Source: Chthoniobacteraceae bacterium
GTDB taxonomy: Bacteria; Verrucomicrobiota; Verrucomicrobiia; Chthoniobacterales; Chthoniobacteraceae
DNA length: 44,902 nt
NCBI GenBank assembly: GCA_031409335.1
Contig: JANNWY010000153.1
Span: 1 to 44,902 of the forward strand
Reading direction: 5' to 3'
Below, in pieces: positions 34,916-43,951 of this stretch (its first letter is position 1; each line of letters begins with the position of its first letter). The notes beneath the pieces are model-generated. The model was not told where the DNA came from. It saw only the letters and a list, made by a program, of their open reading frames with translations, and ran no database searches. Position numbers and translations under genes: made by a program.

Positions 34916-36541
34916 GACGCCGGCGATGGGGAGCAGATGGATGTCGTCCTCGGTCATGGGCAGGCGGTCCGGGCCGGGCAGCGAATCGTTGGCGGTGTAG
35001 GGGAGCAGGTCGGGGCCGGGATCGACGATGCGGCCCCAGACGGTGGTGTTGGCGAGCGGGGCGAGGCTGACGGTGCTGAAGTCGAAGGTGAGCTTGCTGC
35101 CGGGGGTTCCGTTGTTGGCGGCATCGAGCAGGTCCGCGCCACCCGCGAGGCGGATGGTGGCGCCATCGACGGTGACCTGCTCCTGCGAGGCACCGGCCAT
35201 GGGTGCGGCGAAGAAGAGCCAGGCGAAGGTGGCGTCGTTGGCGGGGACGATGGTGGCGGGGAGCTTCTGGCCGTCGGGGCCTTTGGCGAAAAAGTTGTTC
35301 GCGTTCAAGGTCGCGGGATCGACGGTCTTCGAGAAGAAGACCTGGGGCCGGACGGTGACGCCGACTTCCGACGCGCCGGCGGTGGGCGTGGCGGCGCTGA
35401 CGATGAAGGGTTGTTTGATGGTCCAGTGCAGGACTGCCGGGTTGAAAGGAACGGTGCGGTCGTGGCGGAGGGTGAAGGTGCCGGTGCTGTCGGCGGTGGT
35501 GAGCGCGCCGACGTTGCCGAAGGTGAGGGTGTTTTGGACGATGACGGTCTTCGGCGAACTGCTGGTGACGGTGGCGCTGATGGCGGCGGCGGCGGGGCCG
35601 GGGTTGGTGATCTTCGCGCGCATCACATACTCGAAGACGGTGCGGGTGATGCGGGTTTCGGTGACGGTCTCGGGTGGGCCGATGACGAGTTGAGCGTTGG
35701 CTGCGGGGAGGAAGATTAGGAGGAAGAGGAAGAGCGCGGCGGTGAGTTCCGGGGAGCGCGCTCGTCCCGAGTGCTGGTGTCGGCGTCCCGCCGGCACGGA
35801 CTTTCGAGGACGTGAGTCGCAGTGGAGATGATCGCGCCCGGTGTTGCGGACGTCTTTGGAAGTCCGTCGCGGCGGGACGCCGCGACCAGCACGCGAGACG
35901 CGCGCGCTCCCCGGAGTCCTCCGTCGCACGCGCATACTGGCGAGAGCGATGCCACTGCAAACGAGCGCGAGGGCGCTTGGCTCGGGGACGTTGGTGGTCT
36001 GGCCCTGGCTTTGCGTGGTGAAGTCGGCGTTGTAAACGGTGTAAGGCTGCGCGCCGGGTGTGGTGCTGCCGGTGCCGAGCCAGACGACGCGCAGTTTGAA
36101 GGGATCGGCGAAGGATGGGTTGTCCCGCAGAGCGAGGGCGTCGTAGAAGCCGTTGGAATTCAGTGCGAGGTCCGGTTGCGCAACGAGCAAGCTGAAGTCC
36201 GCATTCACAAACGGCGGCGGATTTTGCAGCAGCGTGTAGAGGCTGAGATCGAAGAAGATGGTGAAGCCTTGGTTCGCGGTGAGCGTGAGGCCGCTGACGA
36301 CGTAGCTGTATTCCCACAAATCCTGCCCCGGCGTGGTATCGGCGAGATCGACGACCTCGAAGCGGAAGATGACCTCAATCGCCGGTGCTGGGGCGACGTA
36401 CGCCGCTCCGATGCCGCCCGGAGTGGAGACGACCGCGGCACCGCGACCGGGTGGAGAGAGTGCGAAGAGGACAACGGCCAAAAGTCCGGCGAGGCCGAAC
36501 GTGAAGGACGATCTGGGGAAACCGCGGTGACTGCTCAGCAT
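34778..36541 (-). CDS. PEP-CTERM protein fused in frame (through a REPIN) to a signal peptide plus Ig-like (Big_5-type) exported protein; frameshifted at 3' end
   Basis: GGAGGT RBS; signal peptide; DLADTTPGQDLWEYSY domain; VPEPSALALVCSGIALASMRVRRR; no stop; then ALFLFLLIFLPAANA-Q and VSAATPTAGASEV...VFFSKTVDPATL. Confidence 0.72.
   Translation of the reverse strand: MLSSHRGFPRSSFTFGLAGLLAVVLFALSPPGRGAAVVSTPGGIGAAYVAPAPAIEVIFRFEVVDLADTTPGQDLWEYSYVVSGLTLTANQGFTIFFDLSLYTLLQNPPPFVNADFSLLVAQPDLALNSNGFYDALALRDNPSFADPFKLRVVWLGTGSTTPGAQPYTVYNADFTTQSQGQTTNVPEPSALALVCSGIALASMRVRRRTPGSARVSRAGRGVPPRRTSKDVRNTGRDHLHCDSRPRKSVPAGRRHQHSGRARSPELTAALFLFLLIFLPAANAQLVIGPPETVTETRITRTVFEYVMRAKITNPGPAAAAISATVTSSSPKTVIVQNTLTFGNVGALTTADSTGTFTLRHDRTVPFNPAVLHWTIKQPFIVSAATPTAGASEVGVTVRPQVFFSKTVDPATLNANNFFAKGPDGQKLPATIVPANDATFAWLFFAAPMAGASQEQVTVDGATIRLAGGADLLDAANNGTPGSKLTFDFSTVSLAPLANTTVWGRIVDPGPDLLPYTANDSLPGPDRLPMTEDDIHLLPIAGVKGLSHRLGKPSRRNRCRRRGGGAQNKWRQVKGRAASRSTASLREM
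35748..35915. repeat. REPIN-like element, family A, in frame in a CDS
   Basis: 56-bp arms, 49/56 complementary, with compensatory changes. The left arm is 47/56 identical to 1252-1307. Length 168 nt = 56 codons. Confidence 0.88.
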
Positions 36542-36683
36542 AGTTCTTACCTCCGCAAGTGCTCGCAGTGTTCAAGCGGGCGAGGGTGGAAATGTCATCA
36601 AATGGCGGTGCCACATTGACTGGAATGGGATTTCCGAAATTTTCGACGCTGCTCCCGGATCAGTTTCCTGCGAAGAACGCAGA

Positions 36684-38090
36684 ATGAATTCACCGAAGCT
36701 TTCGCGCCGTTTCGCATTTTTCGCAGGCATCCTCTTTTCCACCGCCGCGTTTGCGGACCCACTCGCGCTGCATCCCGACAACCCACACTACTTCCTCTGG
36801 CGCGGGAAAGCCGCCGTGCTGATCGGCTCGGGCGAACACTACGGCGCGGTGCTGAATCTCGATTTCGACTACACGAAATATCTCGGCGCATACGCGGACG
36901 CCGGGATGAATGTGACGCGCGCTTTCCCCGGCTGCTACGTGGAGCCGCAGGGCGCGTTTGAGATCGATAAGAACACGCTCGCTCCTGCGCCGGGGCGGCT
37001 CATTTGCCCCTGGGCGCGCAGTGCGGAGCCGGGTTACGCGAATGGCGGGAACAAATTCGATCTCACGCAATGGGATGACGCGTTCTTCGCGCGGTTGAAG
37101 GATTTTTTGGCGCAGGCGGAAAAGCGCGGCGTAGTCGTGGAGATGAATTTATTCACGCCGATGTATGAGCAGATGCAGTGGGACTACTCGCCGATGAATG
37201 CGCGCAACAATGTGAATGGCATCGGCAAGGCGGGGAAACACGAGGTCTTCACGCTCGACAAAGAACCCGCGCTGCTCGCGCTCCAGATCGCGATGACGCG
37301 GAAGATCGTCACGGAATTGAATGCGTTCGATAACCTCTATTTCGAGGTGATGAACGAACCGTATTTCGGCGGCGTGACGCAGGAGTGGCACGATCGGATC
37401 GCGGAAACGATCGGCGAAACCGAGAAGCCGCTGCCGAAGAAACATCTCGTCTCCTGGAACGTGGCGAACGGCGCGAAGCAAGTGCTGAAGCCGCATCCGG
37501 CGGTATCACTGTTGAATTTTCACTATGCAACTCCGCCCGATGCGGTGGCGCAAAACTACGCGCTGAATCTCGCCATCGGCGCAAACGAGACGGGGTTCAA
37601 AGGCACCGGCGACGAGCACTATCGGATGGAGGCGTGGGAGTTCATGCTCGCGGGCGGCGCGCTGTTCAATCACCTCGACTACTCCTTCTGCGTTGGCCAC
37701 GAGGACGGCAGTTTCATTTTCAAAGAGCCGACGCCCGGCGGCGGTGGCGCGGCGTTGCGAAAGTCGCTGCAATTCCTCCGCACGTTTCTCGAAGGCTTCG
37801 ACCTTCCGAAAATGAAACCCGCGCCAAACCTGATCACCAAAGGCGCGCCGGAGCACTGGCGCGCGATCGGCGATGGCGCGAAACGTTTTGCCGTGTTTGC
37901 GAAAGGCGCGGCTCCCGCCGAGATCACGTTCGCGCTGCCGGATGGCCCTTGGCATACCCGCTGGCACGATGTGACGACCGGAATGCTGCTGCTGGAAGAA
38001 ACGATCGAAGCGAAAAATGGCGCGTTGATTTTGAAACTCCCCGGCTGCTGCTCCGAAGTCGCGCTCGATCTCTCGCTGGAGAGCAAGTGA
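36684..38090 (+). CDS. Secreted glycoside hydrolase-like protein (GH5/clan GH-A-like)
   Basis: Signal peptide, LHPDNPHYF, FDLTQWD..FF.RL, FEVMNEP (acid/base) and NETGF (nucleophile) motifs. Confidence 0.7.
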   Translation: MNSPKLSRRFAFFAGILFSTAAFADPLALHPDNPHYFLWRGKAAVLIGSGEHYGAVLNLDFDYTKYLGAYADAGMNVTRAFPGCYVEPQGAFEIDKNTLAPAPGRLICPWARSAEPGYANGGNKFDLTQWDDAFFARLKDFLAQAEKRGVVVEMNLFTPMYEQMQWDYSPMNARNNVNGIGKAGKHEVFTLDKEPALLALQIAMTRKIVTELNAFDNLYFEVMNEPYFGGVTQEWHDRIAETIGETEKPLPKKHLVSWNVANGAKQVLKPHPAVSLLNFHYATPPDAVAQNYALNLAIGANETGFKGTGDEHYRMEAWEFMLAGGALFNHLDYSFCVGHEDGSFIFKEPTPGGGGAALRKSLQFLRTFLEGFDLPKMKPAPNLITKGAPEHWRAIGDGAKRFAVFAKGAAPAEITFALPDGPWHTRWHDVTTGMLLLEETIEAKNGALILKLPGCCSEVALDLSLESK

Positions 38091-38146
38091 CGCGCGGCGC
38101 ATCCAGCACTTGCCTATGCCGCCGCGACTGCCGACTTTGGGCGACC

Positions 38147-39265
38147 TTGAAAACATCGGAAACTTCCTCGCCAAAATTCTCACCCGCAGTTCGCGCCGGC
38201 TTGATCCTCGGCGGAGTCGTGATCGCGGCAGTCGCCTTGTTTTCGATCTGGCTCATCCCCGAATTGCGCCGCATCAACCGCCAGCAAAATGCGGCCGCGG
38301 CAGCGAATGCCGAATTCAGTGCCGAAGGCGCGGGCGAGATGGTTTGGATTCCCGGCGGAAGATTCACCATGGGCGGCATCGGCGAAGACACGCCGCCGGA
38401 CGAAACGCCGCTGCACGATGTGAAGATCGACAGCTTCTGGATGGACAAGACGGAGGTGACCAATGAGCAGTTCGAAAAATTCGTGCAGGAAACGAAATAC
38501 GTCACCGTCGCCGAGCGTCCGCTGACGGTGGCGAAGATTCCGGGGCTGCTGCCGGAGTTTGAGGGAAAGACGGCGTCGCTGTGTTTCCGCGCACCGGTAA
38601 ACGCGGGCGAGCCTTCGGGGCCGTACGACTGGTGGGTGCCGGTGATCGGCGCGGACTGGCGGCATCCCGACGGGCCGGAGACGAGCATCGTGGGGAAAGA
38701 GAAACATCCCGTGGTGCATGTCTGCTACGACGACGCGATCGCATACTGCAAATGGGCCGGGAAACGTCTGCCGACCGAGGCGGAGTGGGAGTACGCGGCG
38801 CGCGGCGGCATGAACGCGCAGCCGTTCATCTGGGGAAAAGAAAAAGTCCCCGGTGGAAAATGGATGGCGAATATCTGGCAGGGAAAATTTCCGATGGAAA
38901 AACAAGTCGAGGACGGCTTCGAGGGCATCGCGCCGGTCGGCAACTTTCCAAAGAATGGCTACAACCTTTTGGACATGGCCGGAAACGTCTGGGAAATCAC
39001 CGACGATTGGTATCGCCCCGACACCTACGCGACGCTCGCGAAAAGCTCGAACAAGGAGCTGCGGAAAAATCCGAGAGGCCCGGCGGACAGCTATGATCCG
39101 GACGAGCCTGGCGCGTGGAAAAAAGTGACGCGCGGCGGCTCCTACATGTGCAGCGACAACTACTGCCGCGGCTACCGCCCAAGCGCGCGGATGAAAACCG
39201 CGCCCGATACCGGCCTGCAAAACACCGGCTTCCGCTGCGCCAAAGACGCCACCCCGACAAAATGA
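38147..39265 (+). CDS. Formylglycine-generating enzyme (SUMF1/FGE family)
   Basis: MVWIPGGRF.MG, TEVTN.QF, HPVVHV, RLPTEAEWEYAARGG, DMAGNVWE, RGGSYMCSDNYC..YRPSAR, GFRC. Start (TTG) is uncertain. Confidence 0.9.
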   Translation: MKTSETSSPKFSPAVRAGLILGGVVIAAVALFSIWLIPELRRINRQQNAAAAANAEFSAEGAGEMVWIPGGRFTMGGIGEDTPPDETPLHDVKIDSFWMDKTEVTNEQFEKFVQETKYVTVAERPLTVAKIPGLLPEFEGKTASLCFRAPVNAGEPSGPYDWWVPVIGADWRHPDGPETSIVGKEKHPVVHVCYDDAIAYCKWAGKRLPTEAEWEYAARGGMNAQPFIWGKEKVPGGKWMANIWQGKFPMEKQVEDGFEGIAPVGNFPKNGYNLLDMAGNVWEITDDWYRPDTYATLAKSSNKELRKNPRGPADSYDPDEPGAWKKVTRGGSYMCSDNYCRGYRPSARMKTAPDTGLQNTGFRCAKDATPTK

Positions 39266-40305
39266 TCACACGCCGCCACTTCCTCGGCACCACCGCCGCC
39301 GCCCTGCTCGCTCCACGCGTCCGCGCCGCCGAGCCTTTCGCGTTCAGCTTTTTTGTCATCGGCGACACGCACTACCTCGCGAACGCCGACAAGCGCGATG
39401 AACTCGATCCCGTTTCGGCGGCAACGAATACGGGCCTGATCGCGACGCTCAACAAGCTCCGCGGCACCGCGATCCCCGATGCAGCGCGCGCGGGGAGTGT
39501 GGGTGAACCGCGTGGTGTGATTCACGTCGGCGACTTGATCGACAGCGGCGACAAAACTGACGCCGCTCATCGCGAAATGCAGCGGACGGAAGCGCGCGCG
39601 TGGCTCGCGGGATATGGGCTAAACGGGGAGGGCGGCGCGCTGAGATATCCGGTGTACGAAGTCCACGGGAACCACGACGCACCGCGCGGCGAGGGCATCG
39701 TCCCGCAGCATTTGATCGAGCGAAATCGCAAGCGCGCGGGCGTCGCGAACGTTTCGCCAAACGGGATGCACTACTCATGGAATTGGGGGTCCGTGCATTT
39801 CGTCTGCCTCGGCCTCATTGTCGGCGAGGAAAAATCTGTGTCGCGCAAACGCCGCTACGCCGCGCTGGAGAGCCTCGATTTTCTCGCGAGCGATCTCGCG
39901 GCGCATGTCGGCGACAGCGGGCGTCCCGTCGTGCTCGTGCATCACGTCGATGTCGGGCGCTACTCGCTGCCGCTCGACGCGCCGGGGCCATTTGAAAACA
40001 AGGAGTGGGACCCGGCGGATGTGCGCGCGTATTACGAGGCGATCAAGCGTTACAAAATCGCCGCGATTTTCTACGGGCACACGCACGCGCGGAGCGCGTT
40101 TCGCTGGGATGGCTTGAACACGAAAGGCGCGGAAGGCATCGCGGTTTTCAACAACGACAACTCGGCGCATTTCAAAATGGAAGATCAGGCTTTCCTGCAC
40201 GTCGAAATGAACGAACGCGAACTGCTCGTGCGCGAATACAAATCGCCGGACCGCTGGCAGACCGCCGCGTGGACGCCGATGTCGTGGGCGGTGCCGCTCG
40301 CATGA
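39262..40305 (+). CDS. Tat-exported metallophosphoesterase
   Basis: MITRRHFL Tat signal; GDTH, GDLID, GNHD, HH, GHTH motifs; ATGA overlap with FGE. Confidence 0.88.
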   Translation: MITRRHFLGTTAAALLAPRVRAAEPFAFSFFVIGDTHYLANADKRDELDPVSAATNTGLIATLNKLRGTAIPDAARAGSVGEPRGVIHVGDLIDSGDKTDAAHREMQRTEARAWLAGYGLNGEGGALRYPVYEVHGNHDAPRGEGIVPQHLIERNRKRAGVANVSPNGMHYSWNWGSVHFVCLGLIVGEEKSVSRKRRYAALESLDFLASDLAAHVGDSGRPVVLVHHVDVGRYSLPLDAPGPFENKEWDPADVRAYYEAIKRYKIAAIFYGHTHARSAFRWDGLNTKGAEGIAVFNNDNSAHFKMEDQAFLHVEMNERELLVREYKSPDRWQTAAWTPMSWAVPLA

Positions 40306-40712
40306 GAATCACGCTGCAACGTCAGCTCAGCATCGCGCTGGAAAATCAGCCGGGCCGGCTCGCGCTGGTGAGCCGCCTGCTCGCAAATCACGGCATCAAT
40401 ATCGAGGCGCTGAGTGTCATCGACAACGTCGAGCAAGGCATGGTGCGGATGCTCACGAGCGATTCAGTCGCGGCGCGCAGTCTCATCGAGACGGATGGTT
40501 TTCCAGTCGTCGAGGCGGAGGTGCTCGCGATTTTCACCACCGACCGCCTCGGACGGCTGGCAGCGATTGCGGAGGCGCTCGCCGCTGCGGGGATCAATAT
40601 CGAATACGCCTACGCTTCGATCGACCATCACGGCGCGCAGACGCTGCTCGTGATGAAAACTTCGCGTCCGAAAATGGCGCGCGAAATCCTCGCCGCACTG
40701 CCGGAAGCCTGA
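40302..40712 (+). CDS. Tandem ACT-domain protein
   Basis: QLSIALENQPGRLA...GINIEAL and DRLGRLA...GINIEYAY. Confidence 0.88.
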   Translation: MRITLQRQLSIALENQPGRLALVSRLLANHGINIEALSVIDNVEQGMVRMLTSDSVAARSLIETDGFPVVEAEVLAIFTTDRLGRLAAIAEALAAAGINIEYAYASIDHHGAQTLLVMKTSRPKMAREILAALPEA

Positions 40713-40715
40713 CGC

Positions 40716-41858
40716 ATGGGCCGCGTCCACAAAGGCTGCCTCGGCATCCTGCCCGCGGGTGCGCTCGGCGTCGCATTTTTCCACCATCTCTCGGGAAAGC
40801 TCACGCGCATGGATGGCAGCGTGTGTTTTCTGGAACGCGAAGGCTCGGCCAGCGGCCAAGCGTTGCGCGCGTCGGGAACGCTGCGCATTGGCGACGCGAC
40901 GATCGACACGCGGGGCATCGTGCGACCGGATTTGCTCGCGTGTTTCGACGCCGGCTGGCTGCCGGAAATCGTGCTCGTCTGCACGCAGCCCGATCAACTT
41001 CTCGGCATGATGAAAACGATCGTGCGGCTGATCGAACGATTGCATTCCACCGGCACGCTCGATGACGCGATCTCGGAACTGCCGGTCTTTGTGCTTTGCA
41101 GCAACGGGATTTATTTCCAGCGCGTGCGGCAGTATTTCATCGAGCTGATCGAGGAGGCGATCACCTTTGGCCGGCTGCCGGAATTGTGGCCGGACCGGAT
41201 GCCGCGGATCGTGGGAAAGCTGCTGCGCGGCGTGACGATTCAGACCGGCCAGCGCGAAGGCGACGGGGTCGGCGCGATCTACCGGCCAGGGCCGCGCGGA
41301 CGCACGCTGCTCACGGGCGGCGACGCGGGAAATCGCGCGCGTGTCGCGGAGCTGCTGGACGCGCGCGGAGGCTGGATGGAAGTCGCCGCGCATCCATCGG
41401 CGACGCGCGTGGAGTTCGAGAAAGCACTCGTCAATCTATGCGCGAATCTGCTCGGGCAATTGCACGCGATCAATCTTGCGGGAAATTTTCGCGCGCTCAC
41501 TGTGCGCGAGATTCTCGCGGAGGAGAGCGGCGACGAAGTGCGGGAAATGGCGCGGCACGTCTTCGCGATCGGGCAGTCCGTGGGCGCGTATTCGGCGGGT
41601 GAGGATTTCGAGCTGATCCATTCGCAGATGATCGAAAGCGCGCGGCTGGTGCTCGATCACGTGCCTTCGAGCCTGCAATGGATCGAGCAGCAGCTCCGGC
41701 TGGGGAAATTGGAGGCGCGCCTGAGCCCGACGGAACAGTGGCTCATCGAACCGCTCATCCGCTACGCGCGCGTCGCCGCGCTGGAAGACGCCGCGCATTA
41801 TTTCGAGCGGCTGACGCGCGAAATCGAGCACCGCCTGGCGCTGGCGACGCAGCAGTAG
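40716..41858 (+). CDS. Divergent ketopantoate reductase (PanE/ApbA)-like protein
   Basis: ILPAGALG (degenerate Rossmann), LCSNGI, EKALVNLCAN, PSSLQ and TE align with PanE motifs. Confidence 0.55.
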   Translation: MGRVHKGCLGILPAGALGVAFFHHLSGKLTRMDGSVCFLEREGSASGQALRASGTLRIGDATIDTRGIVRPDLLACFDAGWLPEIVLVCTQPDQLLGMMKTIVRLIERLHSTGTLDDAISELPVFVLCSNGIYFQRVRQYFIELIEEAITFGRLPELWPDRMPRIVGKLLRGVTIQTGQREGDGVGAIYRPGPRGRTLLTGGDAGNRARVAELLDARGGWMEVAAHPSATRVEFEKALVNLCANLLGQLHAINLAGNFRALTVREILAEESGDEVREMARHVFAIGQSVGAYSAGEDFELIHSQMIESARLVLDHVPSSLQWIEQQLRLGKLEARLSPTEQWLIEPLIRYARVAALEDAAHYFERLTREIEHRLALATQQ

Positions 41859-41911
41859 TCCGGGGAGCATATGCGTCCCGGAATGCGTCGGACGCGTGTT
41901 CTCGGAAAAAC

Positions 41912-41946
41912 AAAAAAAAGCCGGCTCCTCGCGGAACCGGCTTTTT
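41912..41946 (-). terminator. Intrinsic (probably bidirectional) terminator after rplQ
   Basis: Minus strand GCCGGTTCC-GCGA-GGAGCCGGC followed by T8; T5 on the plus side; lies between convergent genes. Confidence 0.88.
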
Positions 41947-41966
41947 CGATAATCTATCGCGACGAA

Positions 41967-42461
41967 CTACTCCGCGGCGGCTTCCTTCTTCGCCTTCGGC
42001 TTTTTCGCGGGTTTTTCTTCTTCCGCAGCGCCGGCTTCAGCAGCGGGCTTCTTCGCTTTTTTCGCGGGCTTTGGCGCGGGCGTGGTCTCTTCCACGGCCA
42101 CAGGTCCATCGACCCATTCGAGGAAGGCCATCGGCGCGGCGTCGCTCTTGCGCTGGCCGAGCTTGATGATGCGGGTGTAGCCACCTTTGCGTTCGGCGGA
42201 GCGCTCGGCGATTTCGCCGAAGAGTTTCCGCACTGCGTCCTCGTTGTGGCGCAGGATGGCGAGCGCCGTGCGGCGCGCATGCAGCGATTTCTTTTTCGCG
42301 ATGGTGACGAGCTTCTCGGCGAACGGCCGAACGGCTTTCGCCTTCGCGAGCGTGGTCTTGATGCGGTTATGCTCGATGAGGCTGACGGCCTGGTTCGCGA
42401 TGAGGGCATCGCGGTGCGCCTGGCTGCGGCCGAGCTTCACGGTTTTTCGTTTGTGACGCAT
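41967..42461 (-). CDS. rplQ: 50S ribosomal protein L17 with Lys/Ala/Glu-rich tail
   Basis: MRHKRKTVKLGR..HR, IKTTLAKAK, GGYTRIIKLG.R..DAAPMA. Confidence 0.98.
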   Translation of the reverse strand: MRHKRKTVKLGRSQAHRDALIANQAVSLIEHNRIKTTLAKAKAVRPFAEKLVTIAKKKSLHARRTALAILRHNEDAVRKLFGEIAERSAERKGGYTRIIKLGQRKSDAAPMAFLEWVDGPVAVEETTPAPKPAKKAKKPAAEAGAAEEEKPAKKPKAKKEAAAE

Positions 42462-42494
42462 GATTCGTTATTTCTTAAGGGTTGCGCGGCACAG

Positions 42495-43517
42495 TTAGCG
42501 CATCGCGGTGAGGCTGGTGTCGCCGGCGTTGGCTTCGACGAGGCCGGACTCGAATTTCATGCCAAGCGAGAGGCCGAGCTGCGTGAGCTTCTCCTTGATT
42601 TCGTTGAGCGATTTCTTGCCGAAATTGCGGTACTTCAGCATCTCCGCCTCGGACTTCATGGCGAGCTGGCCAACGGTGGTGATGTTCGCGTTGTTGAGGC
42701 AGTTCGCGGCGCGGACGGAGAGTTCGATCTCGTTCACGCTCATGTTCAGAAGCTTCTTCATCTTCTGATTCTCCTGGCTCTGAAGCTGCGGCGTTTCGTC
42801 GAAATCAACCGCGTTCTCGTCGTAGGCGTAAAACGGCTCGAAGTGCTTCTTCAAGATCGACGAAGCCTGCACGAGTGCGTCTTCCGGGGTGATGCGGCCG
42901 TCGGTCCAGAGCTCGATCTCGAGCTTGTCGTAATCTGTGCGCTGACCGACGCGCGTGTTGCCGACGGCATATTTCACGCGGGTCACTGGCGAGAAAATGG
43001 AGTCGATCGCGATGACGCCGATCGCTTGTTCCGCGTGTTTGTTCTCGTCGCCAGTGGCAAAACCGCGTCCGACTTTCACTTCGAGTTCCGCTTCAAATTT
43101 CGTCTTTTTGTCCAGCGTGCAGATGTGCTGGTTCTTGTTCACGACTTCGAGGCCGTTCACTTCGGCGATGTCGCCGGCGGTGATTGCGCCTTCCTTGTTC
43201 ACGCTGAGTGAGAGCGTGCGGGTGTCGTGATCGACGGCCTTGAATTTGATCTTCTTGAGATTGAGCACGATGTCCGTCACGTCCTCGACGACATGAGGCA
43301 GCGTTTGAAATTCGTGATTCGCCCCGGTGATGCGGACGGAGGTGATGGCGGCGCCTTCGATGGAACTCAGCAGCACGCGGCGAAGCGAGTTGCCGACGGT
43401 GTGGCCGTAACCGGCCTCAAAGGGCTCGGCGACGAATTTTGCGTATGTATCAGTGCGGGAGTCATCGTCTTTGACGAGGGACTTTGGCATTTCGAAACGA
43501 CCTAAACGAACGGGCAT
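42495..43517 (-). CDS. rpoA: RNA polymerase subunit alpha
   Basis: EPFEAGYGHTVGNSLRRVLLSS, RVGQRTDYDKL, alpha-CTD ELSVRAANCL...NFGKKSLNEI. Confidence 0.99.
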   Translation of the reverse strand: MPVRLGRFEMPKSLVKDDDSRTDTYAKFVAEPFEAGYGHTVGNSLRRVLLSSIEGAAITSVRITGANHEFQTLPHVVEDVTDIVLNLKKIKFKAVDHDTRTLSLSVNKEGAITAGDIAEVNGLEVVNKNQHICTLDKKTKFEAELEVKVGRGFATGDENKHAEQAIGVIAIDSIFSPVTRVKYAVGNTRVGQRTDYDKLEIELWTDGRITPEDALVQASSILKKHFEPFYAYDENAVDFDETPQLQSQENQKMKKLLNMSVNEIELSVRAANCLNNANITTVGQLAMKSEAEMLKYRNFGKKSLNEIKEKLTQLGLSLGMKFESGLVEANAGDTSLTAMR

Positions 43518-43605
43518 GGTTTAATGGGCGAAGGCTGAAGGTCGAAGATCGAACGGCGTGGATGTCCACCATTCTGGCTCTGACTTGTCCTTCTTATTTG
43601 GAATT

Positions 43606-43670
43606 CACCGGGTTTCCCCTGACGCGACGGCGGACGACCATGAGGATCGCCGCCCAGGGACCAACGGTGC
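43606..43670 (-). promoter_or_regulatory. Putative structured 5' leader of rpoA-rplQ
   Basis: Nested pairings on the minus strand: CACCG/CGGTG, CCCTG/CAGGG, GGCGG/CCGCC, CGAT/GTCG. Confidence 0.4.
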
Positions 43671-43793
43671 GTTATGCTTTTTACGGTTACGCGTGTGGAG
43701 CGCGGAAGAGAGCGGAGGTGCGGGCGGTAGTAAAGGAGAATTTTGAGCGGGGTTTGGATGTGGGTAATCTTGGTGAAGGGCCGCTGCGCGGGG

Positions 43794-43840
43794 CTGAACA
43801 TCGAACGTCGAACGTCGAACATCGAACATCGAACATTGAA
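43794..43840. repeat. Intergenic heptamer tandem repeat (TCGAACR)n
   Basis: CTGAACA TCGAACG TCGAACG TCGAACA TCGAACA TCGAACA TTGAA. Confidence 0.92.
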
Positions 43841-43951
43841 GGATCGGAATAGGATTCTGGCTGAAGGCTTCAAGATTAAAGGCTGAGTTGGATTGAACGA
43901 ATCGCGCGCGCCGTCCGTCTCCCACGAGCCTTTTCCGATTTGCCCGAATCC

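Noticed and set aside
28340..36600. IS, prophage or tRNA-anchored island
   Set aside because: No transposase, integrase, phage gene, tRNA or flanking direct repeat recognised.
36597..36613. Sigma-54-like TGGCAC upstream of the PEP-CTERM gene
   Set aside because: The -12 element is TTTGA and is off by one base from GG-N10-GC.
37385..38146. Long N-terminal extension of the FGE ORF (similarly 39115 and 40005 starts)
   Set aside because: Overlaps upstream genes out of frame; better starts exist downstream.
43794..43840. Possible CRISPR array
   Set aside because: 7-nt tandem units with no spacers; no cas genes in the window.
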